A stretch of 64,000 nt of DNA. Origin: Lytechinus pictus (lineage: Eukaryota). Shown one piece after another: positions 52,369-64,000 of the stretch. The position numbers and the translations under genes are program-made. The first letter of the stretch is position 1. Each line of letters opens with the position of its first letter. The notes beneath the pieces are model-generated. The model saw nothing but the letters and a program-made list of their open reading frames with translations, had not been told where the DNA came from and searched no databases. The stretch covers positions 15,934,001 through 15,998,000 of the forward strand of contig NW_026974140.1 in assembly GCF_037042905.1 (NCBI RefSeq), written 5' to 3'.

Positions 52369-53751
52369 TTTTTGTCTTGCCTGCATAGCAGAGCGAGATT
52401 ATAGGCGCTGTTTTTCCGATGGCGGCAGTGTCAACATTGAAATCTTAATCAAGGTTAACTTTTTGAAATGTCATAACTTTTTATACCTAGTTCATAAAAC
52501 TACGGCATAAGGGTAATCAAGTATTACTAAACATTTTGCCTGAGTTTAAGGTCACATGACCAAGATCAAAGGTCATTAAGGGTCAATGAACTTAGACCAC
52601 ATTCTTGGAATCAATTGAAATCGTAACCAAGGTTAAGTTTTTGAAATGTTGTCATAACTTAGAAAGTCTATGGACCTAGTTATTGAAACTTGGACATAGG
52701 GGTAATCAAGTATTACTGAACATCCTGCCTGAGTTTCAGGCCACATAACCAAGGTCAAAGGTCACATAGGGTCAATGAACTTTGGCCATGTTAGGGGTAT
52801 TTGTGGAATTGTCATCATAACTGAGTTCATGAAACTTGGACATAAGAGCAATTCCCGAAAATCCTGTGCAAGTTTCAGGTCATATGACCAAGGTCAAAGG
52901 TCATTTAGGGTCAACAAACTTTGGTAATGTTGGGAGTATTTGTGGAATTGTCATCATAACTTTGTAAGTTTATGGATCTAGTTCATGAAACTTGGACATA
53001 ACATCTGCTTTCATCCGAACCTTCGTACCAGTCAATTTTGGTCAAAAATCGATTCGGTCAGCATTGTTGTATCCCCTATGGCTTTTTTGTACAGGGAAAA
53101 TCCAAACCGCTCAAACCAAAATTACAATCATGTAGCTCTTTTTGTGATATTTTCTCTGATCCTTGGCTTTGTGTAAAGATAAAGAAACCAATGTCAAGCG
53201 ACTGTCTTGGTCTTTCCAACTATGTGTTTCTAGCAATGAATATGTTGTAAGGCAGGGGAACTAAGTGTGAAAATTACAGTAAACTTTGAATTCAATTTTC
53301 TTTGAAATGGGTTTGCACCGTCATATGTTTGATATGACGGTTCGGATGGCCGTCAATGATAAGAGCAACCATGTATCCCTGAACATCCTGTGCACGTTTC
53401 AGGTCACATGACCAAGGTCAAAAGTTCAAATTTTAAGGTCAATGAGCTTTGGCTGTGTTAGGGGTATTTGTTGAATTGGCATCATAACTTAGGAAGTTTA
53501 TGGATCTAATTCATGAAACATAGACATAAGGGTAATCAAGTATGAATGGTTATTTTGCACACGTCTTAGGTCACATGATCATGGTCAAAGGCCTTTTGGG
53601 TCAATGGACATAGTATTTTATTATCATATGAGTGTTTTCTTTTGTGAATGATTATTCAATAGCTGTTTTCAAAGTCAGCACTGCTGCTTAAGCCTGCTAT
53701 ATCAAATTGCATAATGCAGGTGAGACTCTGCCAGAGGCATTCCACTTGTTT
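52369..53751. mobile_element. Helentron/HINE-like non-autonomous element with a ~150-bp tandem core
   Basis: Subterminal inverted repeats GTCTTGCCTGCAT / ATGCAGGTGAGAC, T-rich borders, and repeated GGTCACATGACCAAGGTCAAAGGTCA units. Confidence 0.65.
53002..53358. mobile_element. MITE nested in the Helentron-like array
   Basis: Splits the host unit GGACATAA|GAGCAA; imperfect TIRs CAT..CATCCGAACC / GGTTCGGATG..ATG; 4-bp TSD ATAA. Confidence 0.65.
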
Positions 53752-54718
53752 GATCAAAATAATCAGAATGCAGAATGTAATATTTGTTATTTGTCTGTCA
53801 CAGACAAGATGGTTCATTAGTTATTCGGAAGAGCCTTCAACACCTTGTACATTACAAAATTCACTATTAAGTCTTTATTGTGCATTATGATAATCAGTCT
53901 ATTAGCTTGAAAGGCAACGAGATGCACCTATAAAGTGGAGTCTATGGTATATTTGGCTGAGGGGAATGAAAGTATCCACAAAGCAGAATCAACCCATAAG
54001 AGACATTTCTGATCACTTTTAGAGTGGTATCAGTGTCACTGAATCTTGTTTGAGTATGAACAAACAAATAACATTGTTCCAATATTATAAATTGCTGTAT
54101 TTGTCACTATAAGTGTTGATATGTGAGATTGTACATTATTTCCATTATTTTGGAAAGGAAAGTTTTTTGTGGCTTTGTTTAGCATTGAATAGCTTTGAGA
54201 AGCACAAATTTGTATACCAATGTAAAAAAAAAATAGAATGAATCTAAAAATCCTCACAATAATGTTCATGGTGCATCTAGCAGGAATAAGTTTCTGAAAC
54301 GGTAAGATATAAAGAGAGAGAATCATTTGATCCTTTAATGGAGTAATCCAGTTAATCATATCACAAAATGTTCCCAAGGCATGCAGGTTAGATCAAACTG
54401 ATGGTTAAGCATCTTTGGTTTAGTTTATTGGCAAAGTGTGGCCAGTGAGATTTCCCATTTGTATACACATGGCATATATTGGTTTGTTCTGTGCCTTCCA
54501 AACTTCAGCCATTTATATGTGCTCAATATGAACTGGCAATTTGATCTTCTCTTAGTTGGAAAGTCTTCATGGGTTAGAGGTATTTGATTTAAGTTTTAAA
54601 TATGTTTGAATACATACAATTACTAATGAGATTTTGTTCCTTCAATTAAAATGTCCAATTTTTTGCTTTATATTACTTTTTTATATTATTTTCACAGTTG
54701 GTCTTGCCACCAGAAATT

Positions 54719-55458
54719 GCTCTTTTATTTTTATAGTACTTGCCATGAATTTCAAGAAAATATCCCCTGAAGTTTGAAACAATTTTCATGCCAGAAACTT
54801 CCCCATCTTTTGGTCAGCAAGTCTGGTAAATTAAAAATATTATGACATTTTTATTTTAATTTTTAATTTCCATTTGCATATGCTTAGCTATTGTCATCAA
54901 GCTCAAATTTGTATATAATTCATTGCATAAAATGCATGTATTCTTGAAGATGACATGAATTTCATAAATTTCTCTTTTATTTTGATAGTACTCGCCATGA
55001 ATTTAAAGAAAATAACCCCTGAAGTTTAAAACAATTTTCATGCCAGAAACTTCCCCATCTTTTGGTCAGCAAGTCTGGTAAATTAAAAATATTATGACAT
55101 TTTTATTTTTAATTTCCATTTGCATATGCTTAGCTATTGTCATCAAGCTCAAATTTGTATATAATTTATTGCATAAAATGCATGTATTCTTGAAGATGAC
55201 ATGAATTTCATAAATTTCTCTTTTATTTTGATAGTACTCGCCATGAATTTAAAGAAAATAACCCCTGAAGTTTAAAACAATTTTCATGCCAGAAACTTCC
55301 TCATCTTTTGGTCAGTAAGTCTAGTAAATTAAAAATATAAAAACATTTTTATTTTAATTTCCATTTGCATATGCTTAGTTATTGTCATCAAGCTCAAATT
55401 TGTATATAATTTATTGCATAAAATGCATGTATTCTTGAAGATGACATGAATTTCATTT
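54719..55458. repeat. Tandem repeat, ~248-bp unit x3
   Basis: TCTTTTATTTT.ATAGTACT.GCCATGAATTT recurs at ~54720, ~54972 and ~55218 with high identity. Confidence 0.9.
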
Positions 55459-56598
55459 ATACTGTATAATACCATGCTGTCTTTACTTTGATCAAAGTTT
55501 GCTGAGCCAGCATAATATTTGCCAAGCTTTGAAAAACATAGCAGATTATAGCTCAATTATGTTTAGAAAGCTTTTATCTGTATTGGGTAAAAAGGGCCCT
55601 CATATTTTTTTTTTACATATAGCTGTCTTTTTATCATGTGAATAACATGCTTCAATTAAAGAGCACATATGTGTCCATGCCTTTACATGCAGATTGACTG
55701 TCTTGAGTTTGTTATCTTGTATATGAATTTAAGTCTTTAACAAGAAAAAAGGGAGGAAAGAGAGAAGAGGGAGAAAGATAGAGGGAGGGTAAAAAAGGTG
55801 CTCCATCTTTGACAAGCATCTTTTTAAAATTGATATGTAGATCTTTCGAACTTTATTCTTTATCTTGCACATTTTTATCTAAAAAGAACACATTCATACA
55901 AAAGAAACTTATACACTGATTAGGATAATGGTTGTGGGGTTCAATAAAAAATTAAACCTTAATGATAAAAAACAAAGCTTAAAAGATTATCCACTCGAGA
56001 AAGAATTAGATATTAACTGGGACTACTGATATTCTTCAATATATATTTAGAAATTGAAAAAGTATCTGTTTATTTCTAAATCAGGGTAGCCCCATCATCA
56101 GTAAGATACTGATTTTCTTGGGGGCTGTGTGAAACACAAAACAAAGCTAAATTCAAGCGCATTTAATACAAAGGGAAACGAAAAAAAAATTGCATTTTTA
56201 GGTTAAGAAACTTGGCAAATTATCATAACTAATACATAAAAAGAACATTAATTTTGTGTTCTTAGCCCTATGTACATCACCCCAATTCCCCCTCTAAAAT
56301 AATACTATCCACTCCCAATAGTTTTTAAGTAGCATCAATATGAATTCGGATAATAACAATAGTGTACCCAAGAACTAAAATAGATAAGAATAGATTGAAG
56401 AAAAGAGAAGGAAATTGGGGGATTAGAAGGAAGGCAAAGGTAAGAAAGGAAATAAGAAAGCAGGATTCAGCATATACTAAGGAGCGCCAAAGTGATAAGA
56501 AGTAGGCACACCACCAAATTGATAGATCGGCTATGTAATCATACTTGGTCCTTAATGTAATGTACTCTCAAAACTGCACAGATCCAAAACAATTCCAG

Positions 56599-56733
56599 GG
56601 GCCCGTTTCATAAAACCTGTTACAATAACACATTTGCAATAACGGTTAAAAGCTATTGAAATAATTCAGTTTGATTGGCTGATAGTAAAATTGTAAATTT
56701 TGTTACTAAAACAAGACTTTGTGAAACAGGACC
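56599..56733. mobile_element. PIF/Harbinger-like MITE with CWG flanks
   Basis: CAG|GGGCCCGTTTCATAAA .. TTTGTGAAACAGGACC|CTG; internal TGATTGGCTGA. A related copy lies at ~27926-28050. Confidence 0.6.
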
Positions 56734-57403
56734 CTGATCCACCATGGCCACGGACCAGCAGAAGCACATTCAAACTATAAAAAAAAAAAAATAATAATAT
56801 ATTTCAAAGTCCCAAAGGATTTAAATTCATATCCCTGGAGGTCCAAAACAACCCTCCTGCACTCCCCCCTCAAAAAGAAATGCAGAAAAATGCCGGGGTC
56901 CCCAAAACTACAGATGGTCTGGGGGGGGGGGTCGGGGCTGTCCCAAGTCCATGCAATCTAGGGTGTAGCAAGGTATGGTAAAAACATGTACAAAGCTTTC
57001 AAAATACTATAGGCCTGCTTTACGTATGTAGGCCTATCAACACTGGATCCTATTCAAAACCATTGTGTACCTGTTCTAATATAACATCAAGAACAATTCA
57101 TAAAAAAGAGAAAGGAAACTGCCAGTTCAGATGATTTCTGTTTTCATTCTTTAATTTTCATAAAAGTCCATAAAACATGTTTCGTGTGAGTCGATCGGTG
57201 AACGTGATAGGCAGTGTCGTTTTCACACATTCTACAAATTAAAGAGGGGGAAATCGGACTACCTATCCTTTTCAAGATACACAGGCCCTTTTTTCTTTTG
57301 GTTAAAACTAGTGAAGAAACATAGCTCGACCGGATAATTCTTTTTGAAAAGTTTAAGCACTGATTAGTACATTTCTGTAGACTGCAAAAATGATTGTCCT
57401 GTT

Positions 57404-57476
57404 CACCTCCGGTGGGACTCGAACCCACAATCCCCGGTTTAGGAGACCGATGCCTTATCCATTGGGCCACGGAGGC
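57404..57476 (-). tRNA. tRNA-Arg (anticodon CCT)
   Basis: GCCTCCGTGGCCCAATGGATAAGGCATCGGTCTCCTAAACCGGGGATTGTGGGTTCGAGTCCCACCGGAGGTG folds into a complete cloverleaf with anticodon loop CTCCTAA; T5 Pol III terminator ~14 nt downstream (57386-57390). Confidence 0.95.
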
Positions 57477-57789
57477 ACATGACGGATTATTAAAAGTCAT
57501 CCGAATTTAATCGCCTATTAAAACGACAACTTACGTCCTGGTCTACTGATCTTTTTTTATCTAAACAACAAAAAGTGACAGGCCTATACCAAAATAAAAA
57601 CCAACTTCTGTTCACAGAATCGGATTTGTAAAATAAATTGGTAAACATTTTGCACACTTTAGATGCTAATTTTGGTGTAAAAATAATTTGATCTGTCACT
57701 ATTGTCAAGTCATGCATGAGTGAGTATAGGCCTATACAAAGGCCTTCTAAAGGCAAATAAAGTATAGACGCTTAAAAGAACCACCCAGA

Positions 57790-58985
57790 TAATCATCTCG
57801 TCATGTCTGAAGCCCCTTAGAAAAAAAGATCAGATGATGAGATCTTGAATCTCTTCATGTCGATATATTTTGTGGGTGAGATGATCAGATACCATGATCT
57901 TGGAACTCGTCCACGGCCCTGGGGTACGGGGGCGAATTGAAGAAAGCAACACCCCCCCCCCCCCATTTTTCAGGGTGAGTGATCAGGATGACAAGCAAAA
58001 AAAAAGTTTACTGTTTCCCAATAACGCAGAGTTTGGAGCAATAGTCCCCCTTTTTGCTTTTTTTGGGGGGAGGGGTGGGGCTTTTTCAACTCCCTAAACC
58101 CCTTACTTAAAATTGTGTAAGATCTTGGATCTTGTCATGTCTGCATATCTTAAAAAGATGATCAGATGACAAGATCTTGGATCTCTTCATGTCTAAATCC
58201 TGTAGAATCTATAAAGATGATCAAGTGCCATGATCTATATATAATTTATGTCTACATTCCGAGATAAAGGGGATCAGATGACGAGATCCGAGATCTCGTC
58301 ATGTCCGCATAATTTTGGAGAGATGATCAGATGATATTAGATCTCGGATAATAGCCATGTTTACATCTTTTTTAACAAAATTCAGATCATTCAGATGTCA
58401 TCATCTTGGATCTCGTCATGTGTTCATCTCTTTTAGAAGAGATGGTCAGGTGACCCTTCCCATCCCCCTTCTCCTCTACTGTATTATTCTCGTCATCTTT
58501 GTCCTATTCTCCCCCTCCTTGATATTCCTAGTTTCTTATTGAAGATCATGGATCCGTGACCTGACCGTTCTTTTCTACAGGATGTAGATATGACGAGATC
58601 CGAGACAATTAAGGTCGTAGGCAGAATCTTTTTCCTGGGGGAGGGACAGGACCCGTTAGTTTTTTTTGAAAAAACACAAAAGCAAGGGAGCTAAGCAACC
58701 GAGCTTGTCATTGGGGGCACTTTTGCATTTTAAAAAGTGACATTTATGAATTTCTTGCACACTACATATTGGTGAATTTTGTGAAAATTTTAACACAGAC
58801 ACCCAAAAAATGTATTCAAAATTTCTGAGGGGCAAGAGCTCCCTGCCCCCCCCCCCGGCCCCTCCCCGAGCTGGTTACGGCTATCCGAGATTTTATATCA
58901 TCGGATCATCTCTTTCTGACGATGTAGAAATAACAAAATCAATCAGATTATGGTATCTCATCGATCATCTAGCTCTTTTTTACAG
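57790..58985. repeat. Degenerate ~60-bp GATCAGATGAYRAGATC repeat array that flips orientation near 58.5 kb and is interrupted by MITE fragments
   Basis: Repeated ATCTCGTCATGTC / GATGATCAGATGA units on the left and their reverse complements on the right. Confidence 0.55.
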
Positions 58986-59236
58986 TATAGACAAGACAAG
59001 ATAAGACAAGACAAGATATGATTATGAATATCTGTGTGGAACTATTAAGCTCCAAAAGTCTAAAGAGCTTGATCATGAATTAAAAAAAAACTAATCATAA
59101 ATTAATATAATAGTAATCACCTACCAAACCCCAAAACACCGTCAAAAGTCCATTGAAAAAATGAAGTTAGATATTCCTGGGCAAAATGAGTCTCGATCGG
59201 AATAGACCTGAATAGATGTTCCATGAACCATGAACA

Positions 59237-59271
<35 letters not shown>

Positions 59272-59829
59272 AGAATGAGGAGAAAGTGGTTTAGGTCTAG
59301 CAGGGCTCCTGTATTTTCCTAACTTATTTTTTGTGTGGTGATTTTACAGTAAGTGGAGTGTCTTTAGGCTTATGGGGGAAGCATCAAGTCTAGAGAACCA
59401 ACAAGAACCAGCTAGAGACTCTAGAGTCCATAAGTGCTGTATAGTTGTAACTTTGTCATTATTGTGGTAACCATGATGATAACATCATGTCTAAGCGGCT
59501 AAAACAATCATAAATTACGGAATTAAAAAAATATGGTAAAGTTAATAATTTGAAATTGGAAGGTTGTGTCTTTATGAATTGGGTCCCAGGATCGACTTGG
59601 GTTACTTTTTAATAGGTCAAGGATAATCCCAGGAACTGAATTTTCTCCAGTTTAGGTTTTTATTTTTTGCTCGCGCCCCCCCCCAAAAAAAAGTGTATAC
59701 CGGTATATTGTATGTGATAATATACACCTTTTTTTACTTCCTATGCCGGTACCCAAAAATAGATTTTGTGTATTTCATATGTCAGTAGGAATTATCTTGA
59801 ATCTAGTTTGCTCCAGTTTTTCAATTAAA

Positions 59830-60300
59830 ATTGTCGAAAATGGAAGGGGGCGTGTCAGCTCGCAGATCTTACCCCCCCGGCCCCCCCCCCAAATCCGGCC
59901 CACGTATATATCGGCGCGCGCGCGCCCGCGATATAATTCGGATATCGAAATAGACTACTCGACTGACTTAACGCGATAGGAAGGCGAAAACGAACGATGT
60001 TGTAAAACATGGGATTATATGCTACTTCAGGAAGTGAAGATAGGTAAAACTCTATGGATCTCGTCTAATGTTACAAGTTGAGGTATTTTTGTTAGGTCTT
60101 TGTCTCAATGTGAGAGAGTCATTGCCGTGTCTTTTTACAAGTGATTGGTGTCTGGCACCGCACTGCATGCCGCGTTTGCCGTGGGAAGACAAGCCTGCGC
60201 CGCGGCCGCGCAGGTGGCCGTGGATAGGCCCATGGCCATCGGCACGTCACCGCTCCGTTTCGGGCTGCGTCGCCGCTCCGCGCTGTGACTGTGTGTTGTA
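59830..60300 (+). promoter_or_regulatory. CpG-rich putative promoter / first exon of a further gene
   Basis: Dense CpG (GGCGCGCGCGCGCCCGCG), AAAACATGG at 60009, candidate donor AG|GTAAAA at 60044; no downstream exon identified. Confidence 0.35.
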
Positions 60301-60419
60301 TATTAAGTTAGTGTTGAAGTTAGACCAAGGCAAAAGCTTCGGTCTCTGTTATGTTGGTTGTTCAGCTGAACTCCGTTGGCTTCACTCACCAAATACAGAG
60401 ACCGAAGTTTACTTCTAGC

Positions 60420-61089
60420 CCCGGGGGGGCCACTTACATTGACGAGTGGATACCATGCGCGACAAAAAAAACACGTAAAAAGGATGTCTTTTTCAAGATA
60501 GGGCACGTTACGTACGTAACGTGATAAGGGTGTCAAAAACACAAAAATATTGAAAAAAGGGTATCTATTTCGCTCGGAAAAATATACGTGTTTAGGGTCA
60601 AATGTGCGGGGATGATAAAACAAAATCAAAATGTTGTATAAAGGATGTCCTTTTTGCCCCAACACTACGTGTTTAGAGTCCGATTTGCGCGAGGTGTGGA
60701 AGATGGGGCCGTACTAAACCAAAATAATGGTGTCTAAAGGTAAAACCGACGACCGACGGACGCGTGACATAACAATAAAATATCTCTGTACTTGTTTAGG
60801 GGTTCATTTCAGGGAATACTTGCTAAGAGTATCGTTTTGTTTCCAATACTTGTTAAGGGGTGCATTTTCAGAATATGGAAAATACATCGCTGTACTTGTT
60901 TAGGGGCTCAGTTCTGGGAATAGTTGCCAATAGTATTTGTTTCCAATACTTGTTAAGGGTAGGGTTTCACACGCCAATACTTGTTAAGGGGTGCATTTTC
61001 AGAATATGAAAAATACGTGTTTAGGGTGCTTTTCAAGACCCCGTGGTCGCGCATGGTATCCACTCGTCAATGGAAGTGGCCCCCCCGGG
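60420..61089. mobile_element. Non-autonomous DNA transposon with CCCGGGGG termini
   Basis: ~42-bp TIR CCCGGGGGGGCCACTT.CATTGACGAGTGGATACCATGCGCGAC; perfect 8-bp TSD CTTCTAGC. Confidence 0.9.
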
Positions 61090-61121
61090 CTTCTAGCGCG
61101 ATCTGTACCAGTGGCAGTAGA

Positions 61122-62286
61122 CAGTAGAGGCGCACAGCCAATATTGGACTTGGAGACTGTCTCCAAGACCAAGACCAAGTCCAATGTGGTACCTCGAGCG
61201 AAGTTCGTGCAGGCTCCACTCCACTTCACTACCGCTACACTACGCTCCACCTACCCGAACTTCGAGACCATGAACTCGATCGGATATTCCGAGTGACAAA
61301 AGGTGGGATTTTATGGGGGGAAAATATGAAATTCATGCAACATCACAATCTTTAAAAACAAGTACAACTACAACTAATATTCTTACTTTACACAAAGTTT
61401 CACTTCTTTTCCATGCTTCTATCAGACTCAAAATTGGTGATTTAGAGCCAACATGAAGTAACATGAAGTTCCCCACACGTATTAATGCGCTGCTATCGCA
61501 TGCGCGAGGGCCCGAGCTCGGACCGGACCTCCCGCATAATAACGCTTCCGCATGCGATGTTTTGAAATCGGCAGCGCATTAATACGTGTGGGGAACTTCA
61601 TGTTGGCTCTAAATCACCAATTTTGAGTCTGATAGAAGCATGGAAAAGAAGTGAAACTTTGTGTAAAGTAAGAATATTAGTTGTACTTGTTTTTAAAGAT
61701 TGTGATGTTGCATGAATTTCATATTTTCCCCCCATGAAATCCCACCTTTTGTCACTCGGAATATCCGATCGAGTTCATGGTCTCGAAGTTCGGGTAGGTG
61801 GAGCGTAGTGTAGCGGTAGTGAAGTGGAGTGGAGCCTGCACGAACTTCGCTCGAGGTACCAATGTGGGAGATTATCTCCAATATCAGAGACTTTTGTAAA
61901 GAATTTGGGTATCCAATTTCAGAGACAGTCTCCAGTTTTGGAGACCAATTTCCTTTGTTTACATTTGCTGCAAAAGGATTACCTTGGTGGCAAATAAAAA
62001 TGTGATAAGCAGATTCCTCATGAAAAATTACCCCTTTTCACCGTCTAACGCCCGTCGGTCTACTTTAAAAATTCACCGTCTACTTTTTGTTTTGATAAGG
62101 ATTTTTGTTGTCAATCACACACAAAACAAATGGGCTTCTGACCTCAGTGAGACAAAATTTTGGGTTGAAAAAATCATGCTTTTGTTAGTGTTGTTTCTTT
62201 TGTCCTTTTGCAAAGCAAGTCTCCAATGTGGGAGATTGTCTCCCCTATTGGAGAGAGTCTCCCATATTGGCCGTGCGCCTCTACTG
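61122..62286. mobile_element. Non-autonomous TIR element hosting a foldback insertion
   Basis: TIRs CAGTAGAGGCGCAC.GCCAATAT / ATATTGGCCGTGCGCCTCTACTG; TSD not clear. Confidence 0.7.
61190..61858. mobile_element. Foldback/MULE-like element with ~300-bp TIRs
   Basis: Near-perfect inverted arms 61190-~61493 and ~61572-61858; 9-bp TSD CCAATGTGG. Confidence 0.85.
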
Positions 62287-62959
62287 GTAACCTAATAACC
62301 TAACCCCACCTTGAATGACATTATTGTGCAGGGGCTAGGAAATCAACGATACACGCACATTCATGCCCTTACTTTCACACAAAGAGATAAAACGATATTG
62401 TCCTGCCATAATTTGCTTTGATATTGGCTCCAGTAGTATGTTCACGTACAGCTCCAAGCCACGGGTGCGTGTGCAGCTACAGCCCAGATACAGACGTGTT
62501 TAGACATAGTTTTCGCCAACAACCACCACGCGGATAATGTGATCGTCTGTTTTTACTGAATCTGGTCACAGGATTCCTTTTGATTTCATTCCATCATGTC
62601 CAAAATTTTGAATTTGGAAACAGCTACAATTGTACCAGATTACAAAGCATGAATTGTCAAGTACAACTATTAATAGTCGATGAGAATATTTATACACAAA
62701 AATATGTTAAAAGTCCTGCAGAATATGTTTAGTATTGAAAAATATTGAGACTGCAGTGAAAGAATATAAAATATATGATGAAAAAAATGCACATACATGT
62801 AATGATATATGAAAGGTTTTGTGACAATTTCATAATAAATACAAAGAACACACAGCTTGGTAAAATCTTCTCTTGATTAAATGATGATTGGCGGGCACTT
62901 CTCATCCTTCCTGACGTAGATCTGTCCATTCTGTGTTCACATGAACTTGTAACCAGCAT

Positions 62960-63470
62960 CTCAGCGGGCCTTGTTCAGATCCTTCATCAGTTCCTTTGTG
63001 GAAGAGATCAAATTTTCATTGATGTAGATTTTGCCATTGGTGCTGTAGCCAAGATCTCTTGTGCTGAAGGTCTTCAGCTTTCTCCTGTTGTATATGGTGT
63101 TGCGAGCATGTATTGATGTAAACATCATCAGCTGCTCACAATGATAGCACATGGTATCTTGTCCAGCTGGGCGTTTGGATCCAAGACAATGAATGACATT
63201 GAAGTCGGAAACTGAGAGGTCAGGACTTACGTGCTTTGCGATGTTGAGGGTGATCCTTTCTAGAATCGCTCCCAGTTAGGAATTCCAGATACCTCTCAGT
63301 AGACTCTTCAATGGTACTGGTCCAGGCCATTGAGCTGAATGCTCAACTCGTTGAACTTCTTCTGAAGAGATGTACATGTATTCTGCTCCCTTAGAACTTC
63401 GTTTTCTTTTTCGATCCTCTCCGCCTTGACCTTCCTCTCAAGTTTCTCATTTTCATGCCTTTTTTATGCA
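62960..63470 (-). pseudogene. Decayed LINE (CR1/Crack/L2-type) ORF1
   Basis: Coiled-coil-like region, then LDQY....EVSGIP, and KIYINENL...TKELM motifs, with stops. Confidence 0.65.
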
Positions 63471-63529
63471 TGTCTTCTTGCTACTGATTGCGGAGTGGCA
63501 ATCTGCGAAGGCAAAGAACAGTTCTTTTA

Positions 63530-64000
63530 CTTCTCTCCAGTGCTTGCTCCTTCCCTCACAATGTCGTCTGGGATGTCCATACATGCTTTGTAGGCATGTG
63601 TCCACATGGTTTCCCACAAATCTGCTCCTCCAAGATATTGTTGTCTGTATACATGGAATGCCTGCAGGGTGTTTTCCAGGCTTTGAACAAGAGGGCCTAA
63701 CTTTGGATGAAGGATCCTTACCTCTAGAAGCTCTAGTAGGTGGATGACCTTGTCTTCAATTAGAAAACAATCCCGCTCAAACAGGTAAATCTTCTTGAAG
63801 ATTCCCAATTGCACATGAAGGGTTGGGATAACTACCTCCATTAAAATAAGAACTTGTTTCAGTTTCCTTGCAATGGGAGGATTCGGTTTCTGAAGTGATG
63901 AGACAAAATCGGGGACCTTCATAGCTCCCAACATCCAAAGTATTGTGTGAAGTGTTTGGGTTTTCAAAATTGCAGACCTCTATTGCCAACTTGAATGAGC
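63530..64000 (-). pseudogene. Decayed Chapaev/Transib-related DDE transposase fragment
   Basis: VIPTLHVQLGIFKK followed by RQQYLGGA, a frameshift, then FVGNHVDTCLQ; probably continues beyond the window end. Confidence 0.55.

Overview
AT-rich animal genomic DNA; the repeat content suggests a sea urchin or other echinoderm (inference), and there is one assembly gap at 18189-18519. Three protein genes can be built by hand, all on +. The first is a lengsin-like class-I glutamine synthetase family gene with an intronless CDS (14423-15769) and a probable 5'UTR intron. The other two are tandem 7-exon LAPTM4-like four-transmembrane paralogs (25012-32818 and 36129-51137) with identical intron phases but different C-terminal sorting tails. 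There is also a tRNA-Arg(CCT), two tRNA-derived SINEs, decayed LINE and Chapaev-like transposase fragments, and many non-autonomous DNA transposons, often nested or chained, many with readable TSDs. The most striking unexplained signal is about 21 copies of TACATGTA confined to the CpG-poor body of the second LAPTM-like gene, plus stacked TA-xxx-TA chains; these read as transposon excision footprints, and one adds exactly two codons to a dead RT. A separate set of 18-26 bp CAYRGACC..GGTCCATG palindromes is flanked by 7-bp target duplications. Counts and coordinates were read by eye.
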